A stretch of DNA of 63,936 nucleotides, filler included, from Octopus bimaculoides (Eukaryota): NCBI RefSeq assembly GCF_001194135.2. It is 8 parts of 7 records of this genome, joined end to end, with 100 filler letters (N's around TTAATTAATTAA, not from the genome) between each part and the next. Parts side by side here need not be neighbours in the genome. Positions count along the whole stretch, not along the records: positions 47,923 to 54,268 come from NC_068990.1; positions 54,369 to 59,131 come from NC_068986.1; positions 59,232 to 62,733 come from NC_068985.1; 5 more parts are not named here. One strand, written 5' to 3'. Made by a program: the position numbers and the translations under genes. A model generated the notes under the pieces. It worked only from the letters and a program-made list of their open reading frames with translations. It was not told the DNA's origin and did no database searches. Shown here piece by piece: positions 50,285 through 62,833 of the stretch. Position 1 is the stretch's first letter. Each line of letters begins with the position of its first letter.

Positions 50285-50740
50285 TTCTAAACTTGTTTCA
50301 TTCAATGAACTGCGGCCATGCTGGAGCACATCCCCGAAGGGTTTAATCGACAAATCGACTTATTTTTGAAAATTCCTACTTATTCTATCAGTTTTTTTTT
50401 AATTACAGGGACATAAACAAACTAACACCGATTGCCAGTCGGTGGGAGGAGCAAACGTGCGTGCATACTGACATACACACACATGCATATAGACGGGCTT
50501 CCATGCCGTTTCCATCTACCATATTCACTCGCAGGACATCAGTCAGCCCTTGACTATTAGCCTACATTTTATATACATACATATATGTAGGCGCGGAGCG
50601 ACAAAATGGGTCCCGGTTTCGATTCCCATGCGTGGCATACTGGGCACAAGTCATTTTCTATAGCTTCGTCTAGACCCACGCATTAAGTGAAATTGTTTTC
50701 ATGGAAACTGTATAGAAGCCCATCGTGTGGATTGCATTTG
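50285..50740. mobile_element. Two divergent head-to-head SINE A copies (50285-50560 minus, 50585-50740 plus)
   Basis: GACGGGCTTCCATGCCGTTTCCATCTACC versus GGAAACTGTATAGAAGCCCATCG. Confidence 0.75.
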
Positions 50741-51225
50741 CAATTCGAAGATGTACATCCTTCTTACATACCGTTTCACCCTCTGATTCTGCCTGAGATT
50801 TACTTAAAGAGCAGATGAGTCTGTGGAATACTCAGCCAATTGTAAGTAAATTTGGGACCAAATAATTCAGTCGATTCAACACATTTCCTAGGACGTAAAT
50901 GTGTTCTATTCTTTTTGTTTAAGTCTTTTGTTTAGTAGAGATAATGCTGGACAGTCGCTGTCATCGCGCTGATGAGGACTGTTAAACCAGAAACACGAGT
51001 TCAGGACTGTCCTCTTATCTTCATACAATAAGCATGCCCTTTTCTTCAATGGCATGTCAGTTCTGGAGGAGTTTTGACTTTTGAGATTCTCTCCCCTTTA
51101 CGTATGAAGCTGGTCTCACTTGCCTTTTGATAATTACGGTAGATCCTCCAGAGGTAGACTTGAGATTAGTAAATCAGACCTGTGTATATATATATATAAA
51201 CATACGCACACACACACACACACAT

Positions 51226-51261
<36 letters not shown>

Positions 51262-51709
51262 NNNNNNNNNNNNNNNNNNNNNNNNNNNNNNNNNNNNNNN
51301 NNNNNNNNNNNNNNNNNNNNNNNNNNNNNNNNNNNNNNNNNNNNNNNNNNNNNNNNNNNNNNNNNNNNNNNNNNNNNNNNNNNNNNNNNNNNNNNNNNNN
51401 NNNNNNNNNNNNNNNNNNNNNNNNNNNNNNNNNNNNNNNNNNNNNNNNNNNNNNNNNNNNNNNNNNNNNNNNNNNNNNNNNNNNNNNNNNNNNNNNNNNN
51501 NNNNNNNNNNNNNNNNNNNNNNNNNNNNNNNNNNNNNNNNNNNNNNNNNNNNNNNNNNNNNNNNNNNNNNNNNNNNNNNNNNNNNNNNNNNNNNNNNNNN
51601 NNNNNNNNNNNNNNNNNNNNNNNNNNNNNNNNNNNNNNNNNNNNNNNNNNNNNNNNNNNNNNNNNNNNNNNNNNNNNNNNNNNNNNNNNNNNNNNNNNNN
51701 NNNNNNNNN

Positions 51710-51748
<39 letters not shown>

Positions 51749-53445
51749 ATATGTATATATGTATGTCCTGGCTATGACATTAAACTGCATCCGGTGATGA
51801 GGCTCTAGTCTGGGAGTTCTAGAGTTGTGGGGGACGTGAAGTCATCCCTTAATTACCATTATTCCCAAATGCATTCTGACGGACAATAGTAGAACCTGTA
51901 AGATTTCTATCTATGGGTTTAGCAGATTTCTCAGGGGGTAGAGGGGAAGGCAGCTCTTCTAGGAGAAAGATCCTCTCACATCAAGTTTGCAGTCAAAATA
52001 GTCACCAGTCGTCTTGAAATGCTTGTCACTGGAACCTTCTATGGCGAGCGAAAGAGTAGCAAATGCGTTATACTAGATTTTTGTCACTTAAATCCAATGA
52101 CGTACAGATGTCTAACTATCAGATGACGGCTATCGTCTAACATATTGAGGCAATCATCATGCACATATGTATGTATGGATGGATGGATGTATGTATGTGT
52201 GTATGTATGTATGTATGTGTGTGTATGTATGTGTGTGTATGTATGTATGTATGTATGTATGTGTGTGTGTATGTGTGTGTATGTGTGTTTGTATGAATGT
52301 ATTATGTGTTTGTATGCATGTATGTATGTGTGTATGTATGTATTATGTGTGGGTATGCACGTATGTATGTATGGGTGTATGTATGTATGTGTGTATGCAT
52401 TTATGTATGTGTGTATGCATGTGTATGTATGCATGTGTATGTATGCATGCATGTGTGTTATATATTTATGTATATATGCATGTAGGTACGTNNNNNNNNN
52501 NNNNNNNNNNNNNNNNNNNNNNNNNNNNNNNNNNNNNNNNNNNNNNNNNNNNNNNNNNNNNNNNNNNNNNNNNNNNNNNNNNNNNNNNNNNNNNNNNNNN
52601 NNNNNNNNNNNNNNNNNNNNNNNNNNNNNNNNNNNNNNNNNNNNNNNNNNNNNNNNNNNNNNNNNNNNNNNNNNNNNNNNNNNNNNNNNNNNNNNNNNNN
52701 NNNNNNNNNNNNNNNNNNNNNNNNNNNNNNNNNNNNNNNNNNNNNNNNNNNNNNNNNNNNNNNNNNNNNNNNNNNNNNNNNNNNNNNNNNNNNNNNNNNN
52801 NNNNNNNNNNNNNNNNNNNNNNNNNNNNNNNNNNNNNNNNNNNNNNNNNNNNNNNNNNCCTCTCACATCAAGTTTGCAGTCAAAATAGTCACCAGTCGTC
52901 TTGAAATGCTTGTCACTGGAACCTTCTATGGCGAGCGAAAGAGTAGCAAATGCGTTATACTAGATTTTTGTCACTTAAATCCAATGACGTACAGATGTCT
53001 AACTATCAGATGACGGCTATCGTCTAACATATTGAGGCAATCATCATGCACATATGTATGTATGGATGGATGGATGTATGTATGTGTGTATGTATGTATG
53101 TATGTGTGTGTATGTATGTGTGTGTATGTATGTATGTATGTATGTATGTGTGTGTGTATGTGTGTGTATGTGTGTTTGTATGAATGTATTATGTGTTTGT
53201 ATGCATGTATGTATGTGTGTATGTATGTATTATGTGTGGGTATGCACGTATGTATGTATGGGTGTATGTATGTATGTGTGTATGCATTTATGTATGTGTG
53301 TATGCATGTGTATGTATGCATGTGTATGTATGCATGCATGTGTGTTATATATTTATGTATATATGCATGTAGGTACGTACGTAGGTTTGTATGTATATAT
53401 GTGTGTGTATGTGTGTGTATGTGTGTATATGTCTCTGTGTGCACA

Positions 53446-53478
<33 letters not shown>

Positions 53479-56159
53479 TTACTGAATGTATTCATCTCAA
53501 TATAAGTGAATGAATCGCATTTTCATCACCGTCATATAATATATTGAGTAAGTCCTCATAACGATTTTTTAGAAATAAATTTCATGCTTTATACTTTTAA
53601 AAAAAACATAATGACAATGGCCGACCTTTTCTTTCATTTTTTTTTCCTCACATTTACGTCCTTGAGAATTACGTATGATCTTTCTGCATAAATGTGTAAA
53701 ATACTGTCCTTTATGAATTGCTGTTTTTTTAAATATATGTATGTATTTTTAGTGTGTTCCTGTATGCGTACATTATGAGTATGTATAGTGAAAAAGACTG
53801 TTACACACCACTTAGAACTCTCGCCTTAAGTAACAATGTCAGATAATTTAAAGCCAATTTACATGTAATTTCATTAATGATTTTGCCGTAACTCATATGA
53901 AAAACTAATCTAAACTAATTGTGTTTCTGCTACATTATCAAGGAATGTTAGGATTATGTCCCCTGCTTTTCCCTTCTTTTTAATTTCTATAGTTTTTTTT
54001 TTCTTTTTTCGTTTTTTTTTTTTCGATCATTAATTGTTTCTCGTTTCCTTCTCCCTCTCTTTTCTCTCTTTATTTCTCTTTTGGTTTTTCTACGACTCAA
54101 ACACCTGCACATAATCATCTACAAATGTGAACGTGTTCAATTGTATACGTTGAAATGTATTTGTATGCATGGAGGTATGTATGTATGTATGTATGCATGT
54201 ATATGTATGTATATATGTATATATATATATATATTTGTATATACATACATACATATGTATATATATATNNNNNNNNNNNNNNNNNNNNNNNNNNNNNNNN
54301 NNNNNNNNNNNNTTAATTAATTAANNNNNNNNNNNNNNNNNNNNNNNNNNNNNNNNNNNNNNNNNNNNTATATATATATATATGTACATACATACAAATA
54401 CGCACGTGCACAAATTCACAAGTAAATGCATGTGAGATTTAAAAGACAGAAACATGAACTATGATTTAAAGTGTGTCATTATTAGTTACTCATCATCGTA
54501 CAGTACTGGTAATTTTAAATGTGATCTTTGCTTGGGAAAATGTATTATATAATTACTTTCAAATTAGCATTACTGAATTGTAAAAGTAATTTTACATTGA
54601 AATATTCTCATAAATATACATTTAATTATTTAAATTCTAAATAAACCATTAATTATAATTGCTTAGGAGTTGCTACCCAAGAACAAAAATCGTGTTACAC
54701 AGTGTAATCTATTATGTATAATTTTTCTAAACAAATCTTTTAACATGTTTAATAGATGGATAACTAATTGTCATGACGCAGATTGCTTATTCTTAATATA
54801 TATTTTTTGTTATTTTCTGGCGTCATCAAAAGTTAAATCCACTTAATTCTTAGGGGCCATTCACTCTTAGTTGAAAATAGATGTTCAGAGTAGATGTTCA
54901 GCTCTCCCCTTTCTATTGCTTTGAGAGGCGAGCTGAATAATTGACAGAAATAATTTTATCGTATCCTCTCATCTGAATCCTTATGTGAAGATGAAGTAAG
55001 TAAAATTAATGGATCTTTCATTGGTTTCTACTATGAGTATTCTAGCTGATCGAATAACTGAACTACCAACTCATTTATTCATAGTGTAATGGCTTGCACA
55101 GATACTTGTACCATTAACATCATCCCGAAGTTGAATTAGCGAGACACAGTGTGCAACGAAGTTAACCTTTTGAATTACAGAAACAGGACATCCAACAGGC
55201 TTCTGCACATTTTCTGTTTGTCTAATTTTACTTACAAGGTTTTGTTCGATTCGATGGCAAGAAAGAAGTAAATGACATTTGATCGGAATTTCTGCGTAGT
55301 GGACGCGAACTTGGGATTGATGATTTTGAAGTGAATTTCTAAACTATTAAAGTTATATTCCAGCAACTTAATAAAAAGAAATCTTAATAATGTCAGCTAA
55401 AAATAAAGATGATGAAATGTGTGTTATCTCGCTGCACAGCTAGATATTCAATACACATATAGGTGAATATAAAGCGAAATGACCTTGGAGATAATGTATC
55501 AGACTACTCGAACTAAGGTCGCTTTTGCAATACTTCTTGGTGTAATTTCTTCTTTGCAGTTAAGACAATTCTGTTTCATTTATTTAGTTGATAAACATAT
55601 GACAAAATTTCTGAAAGCTGTTTTTTCTAACACTGCCTAACCTTTCTCTTGTTGCCATTAGTTGAATTACAGCAAAACGACATAAAACGATCAGAAATTT
55701 TGTTATAATGCTAACTTAAAATCCAACTTTAAATGTAATGAAGTATAACGAAGGAAAGGGAAAGCTGTTAAACGAATGTCAGATCAACCTGTCGCCAACC
55801 ATTTCAACACTACAGGCCAGTCAGCATTCATTTGTTAGTGTGCAGCATCACTGCATACCATGGAATCATATTGTCAGGGAATCGGAAGGAACATCGTTTC
55901 ATATTCGAACTTGGCATCATGTCACCTACAGGTTTAATTGAACGGTTTCCCTTCTACTCGTACATCTTTTCTTAATTCATTGAAACCTTTCTTACCTTTA
56001 AACTCTTGTAGGAGCGTTCTGCTCTTTAGTGCTTGCGAGTGGGTAGAATACGATGTTCAATGCGCGCTGGGTCTGTGTGAGGTTAACTGTTAGGAGTGGA
56101 GGAGTGAAAAAACCTTGCAAAACTGCTCAGACGTTTCCAACTGACTGGATTGGATTTTC

Positions 56160-56420
56160 CGAATGTGCCTATGTGGCCAAAGACAAATTGCATTGAGTCT
56201 TCCAGATCGTATTTTGATAGAGTATTTTGTAACCAGTAGATGGTGATAGCGTAGGCTGTTCGCAATTCAAAGTGGTCGGTTGTACGTATCACAAATCTCC
56301 TATCTGTAGGGTCGACCTAGATATGCTTCGTAAGTGGGTGCCCAATTACTTGAAGCTGAACAAGTTGTTCCCGGCGCACTAAGCTTACAGAGGCTAGATT
56401 AGCGCATTCGTTAAGCAGGT
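56160..56420 (-). pseudogene. Possible PIF1-family (Helitron-type) helicase C-terminal remnant
   Basis: Read-through frame ...HLLNE...VDPTDRRFVIRTTDHFELRTAYAITIYWLQNTLSK resembles the PIF1 motif (Q)FPLRLA(Y/F)A(I/M)TI.KSQGQTL at similar spacing. One stop; GQ and HGQLYVA motifs not preserved. Confidence 0.35.
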
Positions 56421-57179
56421 GTTGATAGGAGGCAATCGTCAACAACAAACAGTGGTTCACCTTGAAGAGAGCAATAAGAGTCGGAATGGTAAGATTAAGA
56501 ATAGAGAAAACTAAACTCGAAAGAGACCGAGAGTTAGAAACTTTGAAGAGACGCTCAGAAAAGGCACTGAAGAGACGCTCAGAAAAGGCGACTGACGTAC
56601 GTGGGAAAATATAACCACTCACCCTTTTCCTCAATGCGAAGCACGAAGGCTGCTTTGTCAGAACTATGACAGAAAGTAAGGAAAGTCAATCGATGAATCC
56701 AGATGGTAGAGGTGCAACGTGTCAACAAAGTCTCATTTTGGTCTTTAGTGAACCATAATGAGCGCGTGCAAATCGATTCTGAGGCTTAGGCTGCACTTCG
56801 CTCGGATGCTCGAGACGAGTAGTGGGCCAGATCACAGGATGGACATCAGTGCCTCTACATCGATGGCCTATCGCCACTCCCGACAGAGGAAGCTAAGTAC
56901 TTCGAAAGGCCAATAACAGCCACTGAAATATAGGAAGTGTAGAAGACAGGAGAAATATCTGTTTTATAAAGAATCCTCGTGAGTATGTTCACTCTTTACC
57001 CGCATCACTCTTCCCATATATATATGTATATATAGTTGAAGTTTATAGAAAAACAAATGACGAAGACAGGTATATGAACGACAAGTATTAGTTTGACGTT
57101 CGGGAAAATGAAAAAGTATTTTACGTTTCGAGCCTAGGCTCTTCAACAGAAAGGAATAAGAGAAAATAAACATATATAT

Positions 57180-57361
57180 ATCTTCTACTTGTTTCAGTCA
57201 TTAGACTGCAGCCGTACCGGAGGCACTACCTTGAAGAATTTTAGTCGAATGAATTGACCCAGTACTTTTTTATACTTGGTACTTATTCAGTTGAGCTCTT
57301 TTGCCGAACTGCTAAGTAATGGGAACTTAAACGCACAAACACTGGTTGTCAAGCAGCTGTT

Positions 57362-57392
<31 letters not shown>

Positions 57393-57562
57393 NNNNNNNN
57401 NNNNNNNNNNNNNNNNNNNNNNNNNNNNNNNNNNNNNNNNNNNNNNNNNNNNNNNNNNNNNNNNNNNNNNNNNNNNNNNNNNNNNNNNNNNNNNNNNNNN
57501 NNNNNNNNNNNNNNNNNNNNNNNNNNNNNNNNNNNNNNNNNNNNNNNNNNNNNNNNNNNNNN

Positions 57563-57597
<35 letters not shown>

Positions 57598-57760
57598 TGG
57601 GCTTCTTTCAGTTTCCATCTACTAAATCAACTCACAAGGCTTTGATGAGCCCGGGGCTATAGAAGAAGACACTTGCCGAAAGTGCTACGCAGTGGGACTG
57701 AAGTCGGAGCTATGTGGTTGGGAAACAAGCTTCTTACCACACAACCACACCTGCGCCTAT
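57180..57760 (-). mobile_element. SINE family A, full length, with N gap in its internal (CA)n tract
   Basis: Tail CTACTTGTTTCAGTCATTAGACTG at ~57185, head ACCACACAACCACACCTGCGCCT at ~57737-57758. Confidence 0.9.
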
Positions 57761-58880
57761 ATGTAATACATTGTTTTCTTTTCTTCTTTATTGAGTTTGG
57801 GTGTACTTTTAATTCATAAACTTACATAGTTATGTCATCTAAGTTTCTTCCCATCATCTTTTTCTTATTTTTCTGTATTTTTTCTCTCGCATTTATTTAT
57901 GTATTTATTTACTAACTTCCGCTTATTTATAATCCTTTGTTCTCCCTTCTTCGATTTCTTTCCGTCTTTCTTCTTTCCTTTCTTTGGTTATTTATTCTTG
58001 TTTTATATTTTTCTCACACAATTGCATAGAAACATAATAAAGATAGTAAAAAGCATATATCCTTATAAATACATACAAATAAACATAATTTTGTTTCCTG
58101 CTGTCTGTGATTTTTCTGTAGACTTAGTGGGACAACGCCTTCAAATGTATCAGTCTGGTACATTTTTTTTTATTGATCTGTTGAATCTTTTTGGTCGATG
58201 TCACAGATTTGAAAATTTGAAAATTAGGTGAAAATTTCAAAATTTGGTATTTCGATGGAAATTTTTAACGCTGAATCTGAATTTGAAATTCATTTATTCT
58301 CAGAAAAACTTAGGGAAATGTTACAGAGGTGCAAAGTTTGATCAGTTTTAATCTGATTATAAAACAGGAATAGGAAACCATGTACTTTCTGCTTGATGGC
58401 TGTCTTTCACAAAATATCAGACAGAGATAAATGGATAAAATGATGCTACTCGTCAAAACTTGCAATATTTATGGTGGTGAAAGTGTCACAGTGGCGCAGT
58501 ACAGCGTCCTTGTTACAATGAAAACAGAGCAGCCTATAGTTTTACTTGCTACTATGGATTCGTACACCAATGTGAGATTTACAGTCACGTGTATAATGGT
58601 GACTTACGAGTGTCTAAAATTACACAAAATTTGCAAAACTTCCGGAGCTATTAATTTGGTCGTTATTGATCTGTGGCACTAATGAATTTCATTTTCACAA
58701 TAAGCATACAATGCTAAATCGGTAAATCAAATTTGAATAACTTTAGAACAAAACTGAAAAATACGAAATCTGTGACAGTAACCGAAATGACGTGATCTGT
58801 TTACTAAACGGCTCAATATTGTACAACTTCGGTTTATACTGGTAAATATAACACGATTAGGGATACTTGAATATACACAC

Positions 58881-58934
<54 letters not shown>

Positions 58935-59619
58935 TTGTTTGTTGAATATCTTTTGTGAAAGAGATGTTTAACATCTTCTCCTTCAACCGCAGTAGATCTT
59001 TTGGATCTATTTCAAAACGGGGGCACCAGTTTTCATTTATGTTTTATGTAGTGTTTTTGGTACCGAAAGACTTTCAAACTTCGTATACTTATCTATTTTG
59101 TGTTATAGAACAGAAAAAAATTTTTGTATTCNNNNNNNNNNNNNNNNNNNNNNNNNNNNNNNNNNNNNNNNNNNNTTAATTAATTAANNNNNNNNNNNNN
59201 NNNNNNNNNNNNNNNNNNNNNNNNNNNNNNNGTATGTATCACTTTCTCTCTCTCCCCCTCTCCCTCTTTTACTTTTACTCTCTATATTTTTATGTTGAGC
59301 GCGTGTGTAAGAATGGCGTTCCAGGTAGCAGGGATGAAATATAAAAGTTGCTAGAAACAACAGCCAAATCTCTCTTAAATCACACAAAGTAAACGGAATT
59401 TAAAAAATCTAATTACTGCACTGGAAAGTTCAGATCGAGAAAATTCCATTGATGTAAAATTTTTTACGAAAAAGTGGACAATGTGGATTTCTATAAACAT
59501 TCAAAAAGGCTTCACACAAACACACAATTTCAGATTTATATATAAGATAATATTAAATAATATTCAGTGCTACTTCGTTATTATTCTGCATTTTAAAATG
59601 AAGCATAATAAAATAACGT

Positions 59620-59790
59620 TTTCGTATGAATACTTGAATTATTTCTTTTAATTTCACTTTACTGTTTCCGGGCCGAATATTCTTTCTGGTGGATATTTCT
59701 TTGCAATAATTTTGGCGATGGCATCGCCAACGTCTACCATCCCCACAATCTTGCATTGATTCACTCATTTTATGACCACATGCACAGTGG
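59620..59790 (-). pseudogene. Merlin/ISXO2-like transposase N-terminal Zn-ribbon remnant
   Basis: CACGHKMSESMQDCGDGRRWRCHRQNYCKEISTRKNIRPGNSKVKLKEIIQVF fits the CxCGxxM...DGxxWRC...KExSxR...SKxxLxEI pattern I recall for eukaryotic Merlin transposases. No DDE core seen. Confidence 0.55.
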
Positions 59791-60494
59791 CATAACTAGA
59801 GCATGTACCGCCCAGAGCAATCCTTGAATTTGCTTTTCGTCCCTCTGGAGGCCTCAGATTTATCCAGCAGATCCAAAACCAAAAGCACTGCCCTCATAAA
59901 AGTGAGTATTGGTGAACAGGGAGCTGGATTATCTGGTCTGGCCGTTTGCTGCTCCCAAATAGAACCAACCACACTATTTAGATTTTAACAAGTTTATTTA
60001 CAGATTGATATTACAATACTTTATAGAAAACTGTTACGCTGAATACCAGTAGCTTGGTGTGTGAGAATGTATCTTCGCGAGAAGGAATCTTTTTTACACG
60101 AGATCGAGCGGCATAGCTACCAGCTAACCTAGTAATCCTCTATGAGTTCTCTTACTTTCTTTGCGTTGTATTTCCCGCGCATCTCAATTTATAACCATGA
60201 TTTGACGTGAATTTGTATGAAATTTTCCATTATTCTTACCACACAAATACGCTAGAACAACGATTGGTTGAAATACGGGCCAAAATCACTTGATATGGAA
60301 ACTGATATGCCATGATATTTTCTCGTTAATGAATTGACATGGTTTCGAATATTACCTTCGGGTACTGCTACAAAAGTGTCGACCGGACGGCCGGCTCCAC
60401 TTGCTCCGCTACTGCACATGCATCACATATTGGTTTCAAATTCTTTGGCATTAGGCCAGCAAGTCCGAGGAAGGCGGTAAATCAATTACATCGA

Positions 60495-60640
60495 TCCCTG
60501 TCGTCGATTGATACTTATTTTAACGACCCTGAAAGGATGAAAGGCAAAGTTGACCTCGACAGTATTTGAACTTTGTACATAAAGACGGACAAAATGCATT
60601 TTGCCCGGCGTGCTAACAATTTTACCAGTTCGCCACCTTA
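60495..60640 (-). mobile_element. SINE family B, 5' part
   Basis: GAAAGGATGAAAGGCAAAGTTGACCTCG...CCCGGCGTGCTAAC...CCAGTTCGCCACCTT. Confidence 0.85.
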
Positions 60641-61105
60641 CACGCATCACATATTCGAAAACAATCATTCAATTTCCTTCAAAATTTTATTGTATGGTCA
60701 TTGTTCATAATTTCCAAATAAATTCTCCGTAAATCATAGCTTGAAATGACAGTCTACATCCCGTCATGATAGGCTATGCGGGTAAAATAACAAATAAACG
60801 CCAACATCGTATTCAACTATCCAAATCCCAAGCTAGTTGCCATAAAACATATTACAACTAATACACGTTTGATAAGGAATGTAAATCACTAATCGCTAGA
60901 ACTTGCTTATTTCCACCAACATCTTCAGCATTATCTACACCTGCAATATTGGCTAATTAAGCAGTCGGCTGAGACACGCTCACGAGCATGTAGGGTGCTA
61001 CATTGTGTTTGGGGTCTTTTAAGCGGAAAACGTGAAAATAATAAATAAAGATAAAGTATCATATTCTTTCTTTTTTTAAACATATAGACTTTTTATTTTC
61101 ATATA

Positions 61106-61331
61106 CAGTAATTCCTCGACTATCGCGGGTGTTGCATTCCACCACCACCACTCCCGCGATAGGCGAAAATCCGCGAAGTAGAAACAGTACTGTACTGTAT
61201 ATTTTATTATTATTTTTATAATTTGCATATATTTATTTTATTATAAATGCAAAACAACACCACGGAGGAATCGACGTAAGCTTAAATAATAAACTGTGAT
61301 AGGTAAACCGCGATATGGCGAGGGATTACTG
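61106..61331. mobile_element. pogo/Tigger-like MITE (226 bp), TA TSD
   Basis: TA|CAGTAATTCCTCGACTATCGCGG ... CCGCGATATGGCGAGGGATTACTG|TA. Confidence 0.9.
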
Positions 61332-61345
61332 TATAACGTATAAAC

Positions 61346-61491
61346 ACTAGCGTAGCTAGACGTGGGTAGGAGCGGTCCACCCCGGGAGGCACTTTTCATT
61401 ATGTTGTAGGCTATTGCTGTGTTCTTAGTGGGGTCTGGGGGCAGCAAACGAAAGGGCCGTCCCGGGCAGTACACACTCTAGCTATGCTAGT
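61346..61491. mobile_element. Small TIR element (~146 bp)
   Basis: ACTAGCGTAGCTAGA ... TCTAGCTATGCTAGT (14/15 inverted match); no clear TSD. Confidence 0.55.
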
Positions 61492-61559
61492 ACATATAAA
61501 CATGTATATCTTTTAGTTAGAACATTATCAGTTTATAAGATTTTGCTGGCAAATTTTTA

Positions 61560-62240
61560 AATTAACATAAAAATTTATTTACATGAAAGAAAATTAGCGG
61601 ATAACTTTCATCTAATTCTTCCAAATCTTTCTGTTAAAATTGTATTGAAGCCATTTGTGAGGACAGCAACTGGTTGCATACCACAAGGTTTAACGGAACC
61701 TACTGAAGCAAGCCAGCACGCTCGCAACATTATCACGGACGATGGCGAAGCTAAGGCTTTGGGAAAGCCAAGCGCCCTCACGGGCATCACTTGACACCTC
61801 AGTGAGGCGAGCCGCCAACGTTGGCAATAACTTCGTGATTAGTAGCCCAATCCCCCTGAACGTCTCATATGCCACAGGTTGAAAGAGATAGTTCACTGTC
61901 AGGTCCCAATACTTCGGGGTTTTCTTCTGTTCGGCTATGGAAGCAGTAACCCTCGCATTAACTGCAGCATCCAGGATGTAAGAGGGAGCAAAGGAGTCGC
62001 AGACTGTGGTGTCCCAAATGAGGCACGTACTTCTAACCCAGGGACTGAGGGTAAAACCATTTGGTCTCTTTCCTTCACCTCTGGATAACCCCGAAGGCTC
62101 CAGAACTGAGGGGCTAATGATTAGGTTTAGCTCGGTGTGACGAGCGAAGCGACCAGCCTTTTTGAAGACCTGTGGGGTCGAGGGGCCTACCACAACGGCA
62201 TCTCAGTCCCCTGCAGACGTCAGCTCCACCCAACAAATAG
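61560..62240 (-). mobile_element. 5'-truncated CRE-type non-LTR retrotransposon remnant (Zn knuckle + restriction-like endonuclease)
   Basis: GADVCRGLRCRCGRPLDPTGL / (shift) KKAGRFARHTELN...PSVLEPSGLSRGEGKRPNGFTLSPW...LIWDTTVCDSFAPS...AEQKK..KY...FQPVAYETF.GIG...REGAWLSQSLSFAIVRDNVAS, then AATAAA (61574-61579, minus). RH..N, EP.GL, RPDG-like, WD.T, KY and R.NAAS-like motifs of REL-type elements. Confidence 0.85.
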
Positions 62241-62482
62241 CTACAAAAATTACTTATAGAGCAATCTTCGAGTTTAGCGGCCCATTTTCACTTTTATCGA
62301 TGAAGATTTGGTGCAGTACGTACGTACTACGTACATACGTATGTATGTATGTATGTGATTGTGTGTATATGTCTGTGTGCATATATATACATGTATATCT
62401 GTGTGTGTGTGCGCAAGTACGTGTAAGTATGCGTGTATGCGTATATATATGAATGCGGATATATATATATATATATATATAT

Positions 62483-62716
62483 AGGCGCAGGAGTGGCTGT
62501 GTGGTAAGTAGCTTGCTTACCAACCACATGGTTCTGGGTTCAGTCCCACTGCGTGGCACCTTGGGCAAATGTCTTCTATTATAGCCTCGGGCCGACCACA
62601 GCCTTGTCAGTGGATTTGGTAGACGGAAACTGAAAGAAGCCCGTCGTATATATGTATATATATGTATGTGTTTGTGTGTCTGTGTTTGTCCCCTCACCAT
62701 TGCTTGACAACCGATT
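62483..62716 (+). mobile_element. SINE family A, young copy
   Basis: AGGCGCAGGAGTGGCTGTGTGGTAAGTAGCTTGC...GGGCCGACC...GGAAACTGAAAGAAGCCCGTCG. Confidence 0.95.
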
Positions 62717-62833
62717 GACACTATTTGGCAATGNNNNNNNNNNNNNNNNNNNNNNNNNNNNNNNNNNNNNNNNNNNNTTAATTAATTAANNNNNNNNNNN
62801 NNNNNNNNNNNNNNNNNNNNNNNNNNNNNNNNN

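Noticed and set aside
58140-58860. Possible DNA-transposon internal fragment and 83-aa ORF (58431-58682)
   Set aside because: Looks repeat-derived, but I recognise no diagnostic motif or TIR pair.
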